64,000 nt of DNA from Minisyncoccia bacterium (GTDB lineage Bacteria; Patescibacteriota; Minisyncoccia; Phycocordibacterales; UBA2100). The notes beneath the pieces were generated by a model. The model was not told the origin of the DNA and did not search any database. It saw only the letters and a program-made list of their open reading frames with translations. The translations under genes were made by a program, and so were the position numbers. The stretch is taken from positions 18 to 64,017 of the forward strand of contig JBAQUX010000023.1 in the NCBI GenBank assembly GCA_049297775.1, read 5' to 3'. Positions 9,271-18,156 of this stretch are shown piece after piece. Each line of letters opens with the position of its first letter. The stretch's first letter is position 1.

Positions 9271-9723
9271 ATGTTTACTCAACCAGTAACCCAAGCTTAC
9301 GACCTCACCGACGCCACGTGGGAAATAATTGTAATGCTTACTGTCTCTTTTTTGCTCGGTTGGTTTTTTCGATATCTTTGGTCTCGTACAGATGCTGAAC
9401 AACAGATAGTTTACGTTCCCCAGACACCCGCTGTTCCAGACAGACCTGAACGTTATAGAAAATATTCAGAAAATGATTTACAAATCGTAGAAGGTATTGG
9501 TCCAAAAATTGAAGAACTTTTAAAGACTAATGGTGTATATTCATGGGAAGATTTAGCACGTTCGTCAATTGAGAGTCTCCGTGCCATTCTCCAAAAAGGA
9601 GGTGAGCGCTTCCAAATGCATGACCCGAGTAGCTGGGCTGACCAAGCAGCACTTGCTGTTGAAGGAAAATGGGCGGATTTAGAAGAATATCAAACCCTAC
9701 TTCCCGGCGGACGGATGCGATAA
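9271..9723 (+). CDS. Membrane-anchored helix-hairpin-helix (GIGPK) domain protein, ComEA-like candidate; cassette copy 1, gene B
   Basis: TM helix (IIVMLTVSFLLGWFF) then DLQIVEGIGPKIEELLKTNGVYSWEDLA HhH motif and conserved FQMHD...WA.QA.LA..GKW tail. Paralog of 22254-22718. Confidence 0.65.
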   Translation: MFTQPVTQAYDLTDATWEIIVMLTVSFLLGWFFRYLWSRTDAEQQIVYVPQTPAVPDRPERYRKYSENDLQIVEGIGPKIEELLKTNGVYSWEDLARSSIESLRAILQKGGERFQMHDPSSWADQAALAVEGKWADLEEYQTLLPGGRMR

Positions 9724-9727
9724 CAAT

Positions 9728-9753
9728 AAGGCGCCCTATGGCGCCTTTTGTAA
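9728..9753 (+). terminator. Rho-independent terminator (AAGGCGCC-CTAT-GGCGCCTT + TTTG)
   Basis: 8-bp GC-rich stem, 4-nt loop, U-rich tail directly after the stop of the 9271-9723 gene. Confidence 0.6.
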
Positions 9754-9771
9754 AACTACTCTCGTAAGTGC

Positions 9772-10566
9772 TTACTGTACGGTAATTGTTTTTTGTGACA
9801 CAACTGGCGCCTGAGATACATACCCGCGAATAGTTCTAAAACTCACGGTGTAACTGCCTCGTGATTGATATATGTGTGTAAGTTGTCTATTTATCTGATC
9901 TGACTCACAACCACTATTACCGCCCTCCCGAGATACTATTGGTGAACCATCTCCCCAATCAAGCGAATACGATGTGCAGGTAGTCCCATTTACAGCAAAA
10001 AACGCAGACACCGCATGTGGTGCAGGACCACTTGCAGGTTCGACAGTGAACGAAAAGTTATCTACGGGCGCCACTCCAGTCTTTACCGGAGTACGTGTGG
10101 TTGTTCCTGTACTTGTAGTCTTCGCTTGGGTTACCGAAGTTCCTGACGCACATGCAGCCTTCATAACATCGGCTGTACGTTTATCAATAGAACCTGTAAC
10201 AGATAGGTGTGACAAAAGTTGCCAACGCGAAACTGCATCTTTAGTAATACCTCCATAATATCCAGTACCATACTCATCTGACAAAACGCCTTGTTCAATT
10301 AGAAATCCTTGAAGTGCGATCACATCTTGCCCTGATGCGCCCACTTGTAACGAACGATTCACTGGCAAGCACTCCCCGCTTCCAGTGGTTCCGGTGTTCG
10401 TTCCATCAGGATCAATACCAATTGCTCGGAGTTGCACTTTTATAGCATCGACGATTTTGATAAGCCGAGCAATTTCAGAAAGTATTTCATCTCGTGTCAT
10501 CGCTGAGGTCATAGCGGGCACAACAACAAGCACTGTAATAATAAGGGCTGAAAGTGATTTATACAT
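9772..10566 (-). CDS. Secreted protein: signal peptide + PG_binding_1 domain + C-terminal PKD-like domain
   Basis: N-terminal signal/TM. IALQGFLIEQGVL...GTGYYGGITKDAVSRWQ is a PG_binding_1 motif. C-terminal LDWGDGS...HIY...GSYTV matches the PKD motif (WDFGDG...HxY...GxYxV). Confidence 0.7.
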   Translation of the reverse strand: MYKSLSALIITVLVVVPAMTSAMTRDEILSEIARLIKIVDAIKVQLRAIGIDPDGTNTGTTGSGECLPVNRSLQVGASGQDVIALQGFLIEQGVLSDEYGTGYYGGITKDAVSRWQLLSHLSVTGSIDKRTADVMKAACASGTSVTQAKTTSTGTTTRTPVKTGVAPVDNFSFTVEPASGPAPHAVSAFFAVNGTTCTSYSLDWGDGSPIVSREGGNSGCESDQINRQLTHIYQSRGSYTVSFRTIRGYVSQAPVVSQKTITVQ

Positions 10567-10614
10567 ATCGTTAGTATATCGCGATATTACAAATACTTGA
10601 GCACCACCAGTGGA

Positions 10615-11634
10615 TTACCGCACAGTAATCTGCGCCTGATTAATAACTGGTAACTTTGAAAGTACATTTTGTCCCTGTTTCAGCGTAACGGTATAGATGC
10701 CAGGCCTTGTGTACACATGCGGAATATAGAGCGTAATTGCTTTTGCCGTACACGTAGCAGGCTTCCCAGCATCAAATGCTTCAGGTGCTGTGCCATCTCC
10801 CCAACTAATTTCGTATGAAGTACACGTAGTACCATTCACCGCAAACGAAAGGCCAATCGTAAGTGGTGCACTTCCCGACGCAGGCTTTATAAAGAATGAG
10901 TACCGTTCTGATTTTCGCTCTGACCCCGCATTCGCGCCACCACATTTTGCAATCCTGTCTCGCGTCGCACCATTTGTGGTACCACTTTGCGTCAGACCCT
11001 TTGTTCGTTGCCATGACAGCAAAGCTCGCTCAGTTGATGGACCGAACGCTCCTGTAATAAGTGAGGTGCTTAACGTGCCTTCACGAGCAAGGAAACATTG
11101 AAGCGTTGCAACATCTCCGAGTACCCCTTGCGCATCAACTGACCCGCGGGCAATAACATTTGCGATAACTGGGCAATCAGGGACATTTGTGCACGAAACT
11201 AATTTACGTGGAATGATTGGCTCACAGCTTTGATTTTTATTTATATAGGCACGTGTCTTTTCCTCAACAATGCCATATCCAGTTTTACACGATAACCCGG
11301 GCTTTACGATGTTAAACTTTTTTTGTAGTCGCCGCACCGCAAGCTCAGTTTCTTCACTATATTCACCCGTAACTAAACCACTAGGATATAGTGAGGGAAA
11401 ATCACGCAAGTATTTTTGTAACCGAGTTACCTCACCATTTGTAGTACTGTCACTCACACCAAAATAGAGAAGCTCCTTGAAAGCGGGACATTTAGTTTTG
11501 GCATCTTCTGTTGTTGCTGTCTCCTCACCTTTCATTTCAGTTGATTTTCCAGTAACAGGAGCGACTCGTGTTTGCGCAGACACCGTCTGACCGAGAAGCA
11601 CGCATATACATACCGCAAAAAGTATTCGAATCAT
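10615..11634 (-). CDS. Secreted protein: two PG_binding_1 repeats + C-terminal PKD-like domain (paralog of 9772-10566)
   Basis: Signal peptide MIRILFAVCICVLLGQTVSA. LQKYLRDFPSLYPSGLVTGEYSEETELAVRRLQ and VATLQCFLAREGTL...GAFGPSTERALLSWQ motifs. C-terminal ISWGDGTAPE...HVYTRPGIYTVTL PKD signature. Confidence 0.7.
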   Translation of the reverse strand: MIRILFAVCICVLLGQTVSAQTRVAPVTGKSTEMKGEETATTEDAKTKCPAFKELLYFGVSDSTTNGEVTRLQKYLRDFPSLYPSGLVTGEYSEETELAVRRLQKKFNIVKPGLSCKTGYGIVEEKTRAYINKNQSCEPIIPRKLVSCTNVPDCPVIANVIARGSVDAQGVLGDVATLQCFLAREGTLSTSLITGAFGPSTERALLSWQRTKGLTQSGTTNGATRDRIAKCGGANAGSERKSERYSFFIKPASGSAPLTIGLSFAVNGTTCTSYEISWGDGTAPEAFDAGKPATCTAKAITLYIPHVYTRPGIYTVTLKQGQNVLSKLPVINQAQITVR

Positions 11635-11691
11635 GAAGTAAGTATCGCATGCATTAGTACGCAATCAATTACCACACTGTTTATAATAGGA

Positions 11692-12231
11692 CTATTCCTT
11701 TAAAAAATTTTTGAGTGCTTCGAATGGTTTTATACGCAAATATGTATCACGGTCATCTTTCTCTCCGAGTGACGCCCGTGTGGCTGTATACCCTTCTGGA
11801 ATAAAAATCCTATCCCAGCCGTATCCGTGCGCGCCTTCAGGTATACGTGCAATAGTCCCCTGCATACTCCCTTCAAATAAGCGTAACGTAGTGCCATCAT
11901 AGTATCCCATGACACATCGCGCAGTTGCAGTACGCGCATCATTACCCACTAGTGTGCACAATTTTTCAAGCGGCATTTGTTCAAGAAAAAATCTAATGAA
12001 CGGACCAGGAAGCCCGCCGAGCGCATCATATTCAAGGGATACATCCTCTACGAGCACAGGAGATTGAAGAATATCGTATGCTTGGCGCACCTTATGTTCT
12101 ACAATGTCACGAACCGAGAGTGACTGAATTTCGTCGAGGTCAATCTTTTGGTGCGACACAGGTACACCCAAATACTTTGCCAGATACTCTGCTTTGTGTA
12201 CATTTCCAGTGACAAATGTTACCTCCTTCAT
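11692..12231 (-). CDS. rdgB: Non-canonical purine NTP pyrophosphatase (RdgB/Ham1 family, ITPase)
   Basis: MKEVTFVTGNVHKAEY...VLVEDVSL...GGLPGP...RIKPFEALK are Ham1 family motifs. Start at MKEVTF (12231). Confidence 0.8.
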   Translation of the reverse strand: MKEVTFVTGNVHKAEYLAKYLGVPVSHQKIDLDEIQSLSVRDIVEHKVRQAYDILQSPVLVEDVSLEYDALGGLPGPFIRFFLEQMPLEKLCTLVGNDARTATARCVMGYYDGTTLRLFEGSMQGTIARIPEGAHGYGWDRIFIPEGYTATRASLGEKDDRDTYLRIKPFEALKNFLKE

Positions 12232-12300
12232 GCACGTAGCATACACAAAAAACCTGCAGTACGCAGGTTTTTTGTGTATCACACTCTAAACAAACAGCGA

Positions 12301-12729
12301 CTACAGCGTCGTTCCGTCTTCCATCTGCAATGATTGCTTGAACTGCTCAATAACTTCTGGATGCTTCCCTGCTTTACAGTCTACAAGATACGCATCGGAT
12401 GCAGCACCGTCAGTAAACGTAGTAAATGCAAGCGAATCGTCACAAATCTGGTTGATATCAAGCTTCATTCCGACAGGAGCTTCTTCAACTTGTTCATACT
12501 TTGGCTGATTATTATCCATATCAAACGACCCATTCTTCATGCCAGAAAACAATGCCCCACTAATTAGAAACGCGAAAAGTGCAATAAAAGGAATATAGAG
12601 AATGAGACTTCCCACAAATGAGTACCCGAGCACTCCAAGGGCACGCTTTATAAATGAATCACTATTTAACCACCCTTTGTAACTATATGTCTCACCTACC
12701 GGTTGTGCATTTTCTGGATTCATACTCAT
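12301..12729 (-). CDS. Hypothetical membrane protein
   Basis: 142 aa, two predicted TM helices (LILYIPFIALFAFLISGALF). No recognisable domain. Confidence 0.4.
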   Translation of the reverse strand: MSMNPENAQPVGETYSYKGWLNSDSFIKRALGVLGYSFVGSLILYIPFIALFAFLISGALFSGMKNGSFDMDNNQPKYEQVEEAPVGMKLDINQICDDSLAFTTFTDGAASDAYLVDCKAGKHPEVIEQFKQSLQMEDGTTL

Positions 12730-12773
12730 TAAATATATCTATAATGAGTAAAGCTTAGCATGGCACCACTACC

Positions 12774-13259
12774 TTGTTGTATACTTTTCCTATGAAATTA
12801 GGTCTGCGTATTTTTGCCACCGTATTACTGCTCTTACTGACTGTTATTTTTGTACCTCCTCACACGCAATCAGCTCCACAAACTCGTGCACCTTCTGCAC
12901 CGTCACGCGAAAATATACGAAAACCACAAACTGAATTGCATGCTACTGAAAAAACCATAGCGTATCTACGGGAGCATGGCTCACTTCCTGACTATTACCT
13001 CACGAAGCGAGAGGCATCGAAGTTAGGTTGGGTACCATCACGGGGTAACCTGTGTGAAGTCGCCCCCGGTATGTATATTGGAGGAGATATCTTCACTAAT
13101 GCACAAAAACTACTGCCGACGGCCAAAAACCGAAAGTGGTATGAGGCAGATTTTGATTATGCGTGTGGAAACAGAAATGCGCGAAGAATCTTATTCTCGA
13201 ATGATGGACTCATATATATAACTTACGACCATTATAAAACGGTAACTCCCGCACCATGA
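12774..13259 (+). CDS. Secreted barnase-family ribonuclease (guanyl-specific RNase, microbial RNase N1/T1 superfamily)
   Basis: Signal peptide, then TIAYLREHGSLPDYYLTKREASKLGWVPSRGNLCEVAPGMYIGGDIFTNAQKLLP...RKWYEADFDYACGNRNARRILFSNDGLIYITYDHYKTV. Near-colinear with Bacillus barnase (DYLQTYHKLPDNYITKSEAQALGWVASKGNLADVAPGKSIGGDIFSN...RTWREADINYTSGFRNSDRILYSSDWLIYKTTDHYQTF), including catalytic Glu/Arg/His positions. Confidence 0.85.
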   Translation: MLYTFPMKLGLRIFATVLLLLLTVIFVPPHTQSAPQTRAPSAPSRENIRKPQTELHATEKTIAYLREHGSLPDYYLTKREASKLGWVPSRGNLCEVAPGMYIGGDIFTNAQKLLPTAKNRKWYEADFDYACGNRNARRILFSNDGLIYITYDHYKTVTPAP

Positions 13260-13501
13260 AAAAACTAGTACTTACCATTGACTGCGCGAAAACAAAAACA
13301 GCAACATCTATCCATCAAAGTATTGCGTCACAACTGAGCTTCCCTACATATTACGGTCATAATCTTGACGCATTACATGATTGCCTTTCTGACACACTGC
13401 TAGAACATGCAGTTATTTTAAAATGGAAAGACACCGCGCATTCGAAGAAAATTATTTCAATAAAAGAAATAAAAGCTCTGTTGAAAACAGCATTAGCGTA
13501 G
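13256..13501 (+). CDS. Barstar-like ribonuclease inhibitor (immunity protein)
   Basis: 81 aa. LSFPTYYGHNLDALHDCLSD...VILKWKD matches barstar ([20 protein letters not shown]...LVLEWRQ). Overlaps the barnase stop by 4 nt (ATGA), so translationally coupled. Confidence 0.8.
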   Translation: MKKLVLTIDCAKTKTATSIHQSIASQLSFPTYYGHNLDALHDCLSDTLLEHAVILKWKDTAHSKKIISIKEIKALLKTALA

Positions 13502-13520
13502 CGCCTAGACGGAAGAAAAA

Positions 13521-13925
13521 TCAGTCGATAAGATTCTGTGCTTTTAAGTCGTCAAATAGTAATTGGTCAACAAGAGAAACATCACTTCTTTTCGAGTAGT
13601 CAAACCAGCCCATCTTTTCCACTTCAGCACTCGGCTTTAGTTCGCCATCGTATTGACCGGTGTAGCATGTGATGCGTACCATCGTTCCTTCCGGCTTTCC
13701 ATGAGCTTGAGCTTCGTAAGTGCCGAAATATTGAATAGATTCTGGAATTACATCAACGAGTAGTTCTTCTTTTATTTCGCGAATCAATGCGTGCTGGTCT
13801 GTTTCACCTCCTTCTCTTTTGCCACCCGGTACATACCATTTATCTTTCCCGAAACTGCACGTCTCCAAAATTTTTCTATTTTGAATCTCGATAAAAGCTA
13901 GTTTGTCAATATAATTCTTTTCCAT
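13521..13925 (-). CDS. NUDIX hydrolase
   Basis: Nudix box GGKREGGETDQHALIREIKEELLVDV (GX5EX7REUXEEXGU). Confidence 0.8.
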   Translation of the reverse strand: MEKNYIDKLAFIEIQNRKILETCSFGKDKWYVPGGKREGGETDQHALIREIKEELLVDVIPESIQYFGTYEAQAHGKPEGTMVRITCYTGQYDGELKPSAEVEKMGWFDYSKRSDVSLVDQLLFDDLKAQNLID

Positions 13926-13986
13926 ACAACAAAGTATACTCGAATAAATGAGGAAGCACGTAGCGAAACGCTGCCTCTAGTCTTTG

Positions 13987-14071
13987 CGGAGAGAGTGAGA
14001 TTCGAACTCACGGTTCCTTGCGGAACGACGGTTTAGTAAACCGTTGATTTAAACCACTCATCCATCTCTCC
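13987..14071 (-). tRNA. Type II (long variable arm) tRNA, Ser-like, apparent anticodon ACU (unusual)
   Basis: Minus-strand sequence GGAGAGA-TG-GAT-GAGTGGTTTAA-ATC-A-ACGGT-TTACTAA-ACCGT-CGTTCCGCAAGGAACCG-GTGAG-TTCGAAT-CTCAC-TCTCTCC-G. 7-bp acceptor, 3-bp D stem, canonical T loop GTTCGAATC, long variable arm, G73 discriminator as in tRNA-Ser. Anticodon loop U33-ACU-A37. CCA not encoded. Confidence 0.7.
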
Positions 14072-14139
14072 GTGGCTGATACTCTAGCACAAAGCAAGGT
14101 CTTTTTTAATAGCCACATTATGATATTCTAGTCCCACCT

Positions 14140-14231
<92 letters not shown>

Positions 14232-14257
14232 AAAATAAAAATTTTTAACTAAAAAAT

Positions 14258-14518
14258 ATGGAAAAGCAAAATCGCGATACAGAAGAAGATGATACCGAAG
14301 TAAAAATACTTGATTCAAACGGAAATGAACTTAACAATGGAGATAGTGTGATTATTATAAAAGATTTACCTGTAAAAGGTGCACCGAAGCCAATAAAGGC
14401 AGGAACTAAAGTTAAAAATATTCGCTTAGCTAACGGTGGAAACGGACACGATATTAGCTGTAAAATCGAAGGCTTTGGATCTATGTCTTTAAAGTCAGAG
14501 TTCGTTAAAAAAGCTTAG
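14258..14518 (+). CDS. PhnA-like protein (C-terminal PhnA domain only; YjdC/PhnA family)
   Basis: [68 protein letters not shown] is colinear with the C-terminal domain of E. coli PhnA. Confidence 0.7.
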   Translation: MEKQNRDTEEDDTEVKILDSNGNELNNGDSVIIIKDLPVKGAPKPIKAGTKVKNIRLANGGNGHDISCKIEGFGSMSLKSEFVKKA

Positions 14519-14714
14519 TTTCCATAACAATATAGTATTTAATAGGTGTGACTTTTCAGACAATTTTTGTGTGATTCTCAAGTTTTTATATCTGACCCGT
14601 TTACTTTAAAATAGTAGACGTTTGAACCTCTTGCCATTCTCATTAAAATGAAATTGGTTTTAGAAGCAAAAAAATAGCGTCACCCTGTTTTCAAACACTT
14701 ACTTGTACTCACCA

Positions 14715-15137
14715 CTATTTAGCGTCAAAGTCTACCATCCACTCAATACCGTACTTGTCTCGGAACATGCCAAAGTAAGAACCCCAAGGGCTATCCCCTA
14801 TTGGAAACTCGACAGTACCACCAACAGTAAGCCCGGCAAACAATCTATCTGCTTCTTCTTTACTTTCGCAGTTTATTGAAATCTTGCTTCTGTTTTCGTT
14901 TTCATTTGTCTTGCCCATAATTTCCGGCACGTCGTTACCCATCAGCATATTGGTGCCGATTGGCAAAGCTATATGCATTATTTTGTTTTCCTCCTTTTCA
15001 GATACTTGAAATTCAGAACTTGCCATGTCCTTAAAACGGGCAATCCGCGTGAACTCACCACCGAATACTGATTTATAAAATGTGAATGCTTCTTCAGCAT
15101 TTCCATTGAAGTTTATGTATGGATTAATTGTTGCCAT
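14715..15137 (-). CDS. VOC/glyoxalase-fold protein (PhnB-like)
   Basis: 140 aa with YINFNGNAEEAFTFYKSVFGGEF N-terminus and paired beta-alpha-beta-beta-beta modules typical of the PhnB/3-demethylubiquinone-9 methyltransferase-like VOC family. Confidence 0.6.
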   Translation of the reverse strand: MATINPYINFNGNAEEAFTFYKSVFGGEFTRIARFKDMASSEFQVSEKEENKIMHIALPIGTNMLMGNDVPEIMGKTNENENRSKISINCESKEEADRLFAGLTVGGTVEFPIGDSPWGSYFGMFRDKYGIEWMVDFDAK

Positions 15138-15211
15138 GACGATGGTAAGTTATTACTAATTGTCCAACTGTATCATTTTCTCTACTTTTATCTATTAACA
15201 ATCTGCGCACA

Positions 15212-15628
15212 TCACTTACTCTTACGATGTGAACTCAGTTCAGCAAGTGTTATATGGCGAAATCGCTTCAATAGCGTATTCTCTGCCTCAAGAAATGCGC
15301 TCAGCGTTACTTTGTTAACTGCACTCTCGATACGACACAGCGGTGAATCTGTCCGGTTTCCCATGGCAAAAAATGCTGGGGATCCAATCATTGTATAAAT
15401 ATCATACAGTGAAACCTTCTTCACATCACATGAGAGTTGCCATCCACCACCATGCCCTTTTTCAGAGATTACGAAACCTTTTTCTCTAAGTGCAGCCATT
15501 ATTCTTCGCACCACAACAGGATTTGTCTGCATTGCTTTAGCTAGTGTTTCTGATGTTCTAGGTTCTTTAGATTGAGCCATGTGTAAAAGAATATGAAGTA
15601 TGTCTGAAAATTTAGTACTCTTTTTCAT
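15212..15628 (-). CDS. Rrf2 family (BadM/IscR-like) winged-helix transcriptional regulator
   Basis: SDILHILLHMAQSKEPRTSETLAKAMQTNPVVVRRIMAALREKGFV matches Rrf2 HTH architecture. Confidence 0.75.
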   Translation of the reverse strand: MKKSTKFSDILHILLHMAQSKEPRTSETLAKAMQTNPVVVRRIMAALREKGFVISEKGHGGGWQLSCDVKKVSLYDIYTMIGSPAFFAMGNRTDSPLCRIESAVNKVTLSAFLEAENTLLKRFRHITLAELSSHRKSK

Positions 15629-15636
15629 ATGCTTTA

Positions 15637-16293
15637 CTAAGCTCGCTTAAACGCTAAGTAATATTGAACAGGTAACAGAAAATCATAATCATTAACCAAC
15701 TCAAACCCGGCTTGTCTCATTTCCTTTACAACTTCTTCTTTAGGAACTCTATGTCCCATTGGTTGACCTTCTACTTTTTCTTCTGTTCGGTCAATTACGA
15801 CGAGTACACCATCTTGCTTTAAGTATTGAGTTACTTTTGAAAAGTAAGTAATGCGATCTTTGAGATGGTGATATACATCGACCGAAAAGATTAGATCAGC
15901 ATTTTCCTCCAGTTCAAAACTTCCATCTGGATTTGTCACTCGTGAATCTATATTACCAAGCCCTAACTCGCTCGCACGAGCTTTTAAGTGTAAAGCCATT
16001 GGTGAAGATTGATCAAAACAAATAACTTTTCCATTTTTTAACTGAGGTGCTAATCGAACTGCAAAGTATCCAGTACCTGCACCAATGTCAACAACTACTG
16101 CATTTTCAGGAAGATTAAATGAGTTAATAACCTCATCTGGCTTTTGCCATTTCTCTCTATCTGCACCGTCGAATTTTTCGACAAACAACTCTACATTGTC
16201 GAAGATATTTTTTGCATGAGTACCATCTGCATGGTGGTGAGTAGTGTTAGTGTATGTATGTTTCATGTAACTTATCATATTACATAAATACAC
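15637..16293 (-). CDS. Class I SAM-dependent methyltransferase
   Basis: Motif I VVDIGAGTGYFAVRLA and downstream acidic residue and motif post-I. The start may be an internal Met (16266/16281). Confidence 0.75.
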   Translation of the reverse strand: MYLCNMISYMKHTYTNTTHHHADGTHAKNIFDNVELFVEKFDGADREKWQKPDEVINSFNLPENAVVVDIGAGTGYFAVRLAPQLKNGKVICFDQSSPMALHLKARASELGLGNIDSRVTNPDGSFELEENADLIFSVDVYHHLKDRITYFSKVTQYLKQDGVLVVIDRTEEKVEGQPMGHRVPKEEVVKEMRQAGFELVNDYDFLLPVQYYLAFKRA

Positions 16294-16338
16294 CTATTAC
16301 AACACAGGGCATTTCGAAATGAAAAATATTACCAACTG

Positions 16339-17349
16339 CTATTTCTTTCTTCGAATTAACGGCTTATGCAAAATTGATTCTGGCCACATGAAGTGAAAGA
16401 ATTTTGTTTTCCCATGACCAAAAAAGAACAAGACTACTGCAGCTGCGTAAACCGGCAAATCTTCAATTTCTACAACGCCGGTTTGTGCAAGCATGGCAAT
16501 CATAGAGGTAACGAAGAACGCAGCAATACTCACTGTGGTGATGCGAGTGAGATATCCCATCAAGAACAATATGCCGAAAATTCCTTGTGCAAAACCTGTA
16601 CTTAAGGTGAGCAGTGCATCTGAATACCACGGGAAGATTGGTTGCATAAAATTCCACTTATATATTTCTATAAAGCGTATAGTAAGCTCTGGGTAAAAGA
16701 GTTTCTCAGTGAGAGCTAGTGCTATCAACTCAAAAGCTGCGCCGATGCGGATGATTTCGCCTGCGTGGCGCTTCAAGTTAAATACATCCTCCTCACCTTT
16801 CATGGCGTTCAAGTATATGTATGCAGCAAATGATGGTAAGAGTGCGTTTTCAAAGAAGAGCTGGTACCCGCCGATAATTCCCGCGCTACAGTACAGTGCA
16901 AAAATACCAAGTGCAGCGGTACGGCGGAACAGTCCTGTGAGCAATAAAATACCGAGTGCCACTTCTACATACTGAAGTGATGTGAGCACAGGCCCTACCG
17001 CATGTAAATTTGGCGCAAGTATAAGCTCCCAGAAAACACCGACAGAGATAAAGAATACACCAAGAATTACATCAATGAGTCTTTGTAAATAGTACTCATA
17101 CTTATAGGCAAACGCGATTAATTTCTTTGGCTCAGGAATAAACGTATCGGCAATACTGAATAACAGTACAATGATAAGTGTTAACCCTGACCACACCAAT
17201 ACTTCGAGACTTCCCATACCATAAAACGGAATGATACCGTGCTGGCTTGCAATAATTGCAGGCGCATCAACAAACCATTTTGCGTGTGCGTAACTAATAC
17301 TGGGGGCTACCGATAATAAGGCTCCTATATAAAAAAATGTGTATTTCAT
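16339..17349 (-). CDS. Polytopic integral membrane protein (DoxX-like?), hypothetical
   Basis: 336 aa with about 8 predicted TM helices. No catalytic motif recognised. Confidence 0.45.
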   Translation of the reverse strand: MKYTFFYIGALLSVAPSISYAHAKWFVDAPAIIASQHGIIPFYGMGSLEVLVWSGLTLIIVLLFSIADTFIPEPKKLIAFAYKYEYYLQRLIDVILGVFFISVGVFWELILAPNLHAVGPVLTSLQYVEVALGILLLTGLFRRTAALGIFALYCSAGIIGGYQLFFENALLPSFAAYIYLNAMKGEEDVFNLKRHAGEIIRIGAAFELIALALTEKLFYPELTIRFIEIYKWNFMQPIFPWYSDALLTLSTGFAQGIFGILFLMGYLTRITTVSIAAFFVTSMIAMLAQTGVVEIEDLPVYAAAVVLFFFGHGKTKFFHFMWPESILHKPLIRRKK

Positions 17350-17508
17350 ATACTAAAGTATAAACCTGGGAGCAAGCGCTTACAACAAGTTACGCTCTTT
17401 TTATTATTTTTTGGTATCGCTTATGCGTGTCACTATCCTTCCTTAGTGCACATAACATATGAACGATGCGGCCCAGATTTACTCTATAAAAAACTTTGTG
17501 TGAGCGCG

Positions 17509-18090
17509 TCACAGCTTGGTGCTGTCATATGCCCAATGCAGTAATGCTTGGCGTTGACGAGGCCGACAGTGCAAATCCCCCACACTGCAGGCACCATGCA
17601 ACCACACAATATGTCGGGCCATTTTCCGCCAACGCTCAATTTGTCGTGCGTCATCTTCGTGCCGACGACCCATATAATATCTACAGTACCATTGAAACCA
17701 CCCTCGTGGATCATCTGGGTGTATCCATCCTTTACGTACCCACTCCTCACGAGACTGACTCGCATCAACTTGAAAATAGTTGAGTAATTCATCATACCCA
17801 CGGCCAAACCGGATATGGTCTCGTTTGCTATTTGCCTTTTCCCCTAGGAAGCGAGGTTCAAAAATACTGAGTAGTATTTTTGCATTCTTGAACCATTCTT
17901 GTGGGTACTCATCGATACAGCCTTCAAAATAATTACCTCCGAAAACCCCCATCTCAAGCATCATCTGTGGAGTAAGTTGTGGTTTGAAGCTTGGAGAGAA
18001 ATGTGTTCCTTCTTGCGAAACAAGTTCATATGTATAGCCTGGCTGTAATAAATCACTCGAATATACGTTGCGCATATATGCAGTATACAC
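17509..18090 (-). CDS. Hypothetical protein (Trp/Arg-rich conserved core)
   Basis: 193 aa. Conserved-looking block GWIHPDDPRGWFQWYCRYYMGRRHEDDARQIERWRKMARH. Family not recognised. Confidence 0.4.
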   Translation of the reverse strand: MYTAYMRNVYSSDLLQPGYTYELVSQEGTHFSPSFKPQLTPQMMLEMGVFGGNYFEGCIDEYPQEWFKNAKILLSIFEPRFLGEKANSKRDHIRFGRGYDELLNYFQVDASQSREEWVRKGWIHPDDPRGWFQWYCRYYMGRRHEDDARQIERWRKMARHIVWLHGACSVGDLHCRPRQRQALLHWAYDSTKL

Positions 18091-18156
18091 TCAGTGCTTA
18101 GATAAATTACTTCGTATGCAGCATATATTTTAATATGAACATGATACGATATATAC

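Noticed and set aside
17350-17508. Hairpin + T-run (GAGCAAGCGCTTAC...GTTACGCTC TTTTTATTATTTTTT) as a plus-strand terminator
   Set aside because: No plus-strand gene ends upstream of it. Stem pairing is imperfect. It may just be AT-rich promoter DNA of the divergent minus-strand genes.
17484-17807. Overlapping ORFs 17484-17807 (-), 17496-17783 (+), 17548-17787 (+)
   Set aside because: They overlap the 3' part of the 17509-18090 CDS in other frames or strands, and no independent support was seen.
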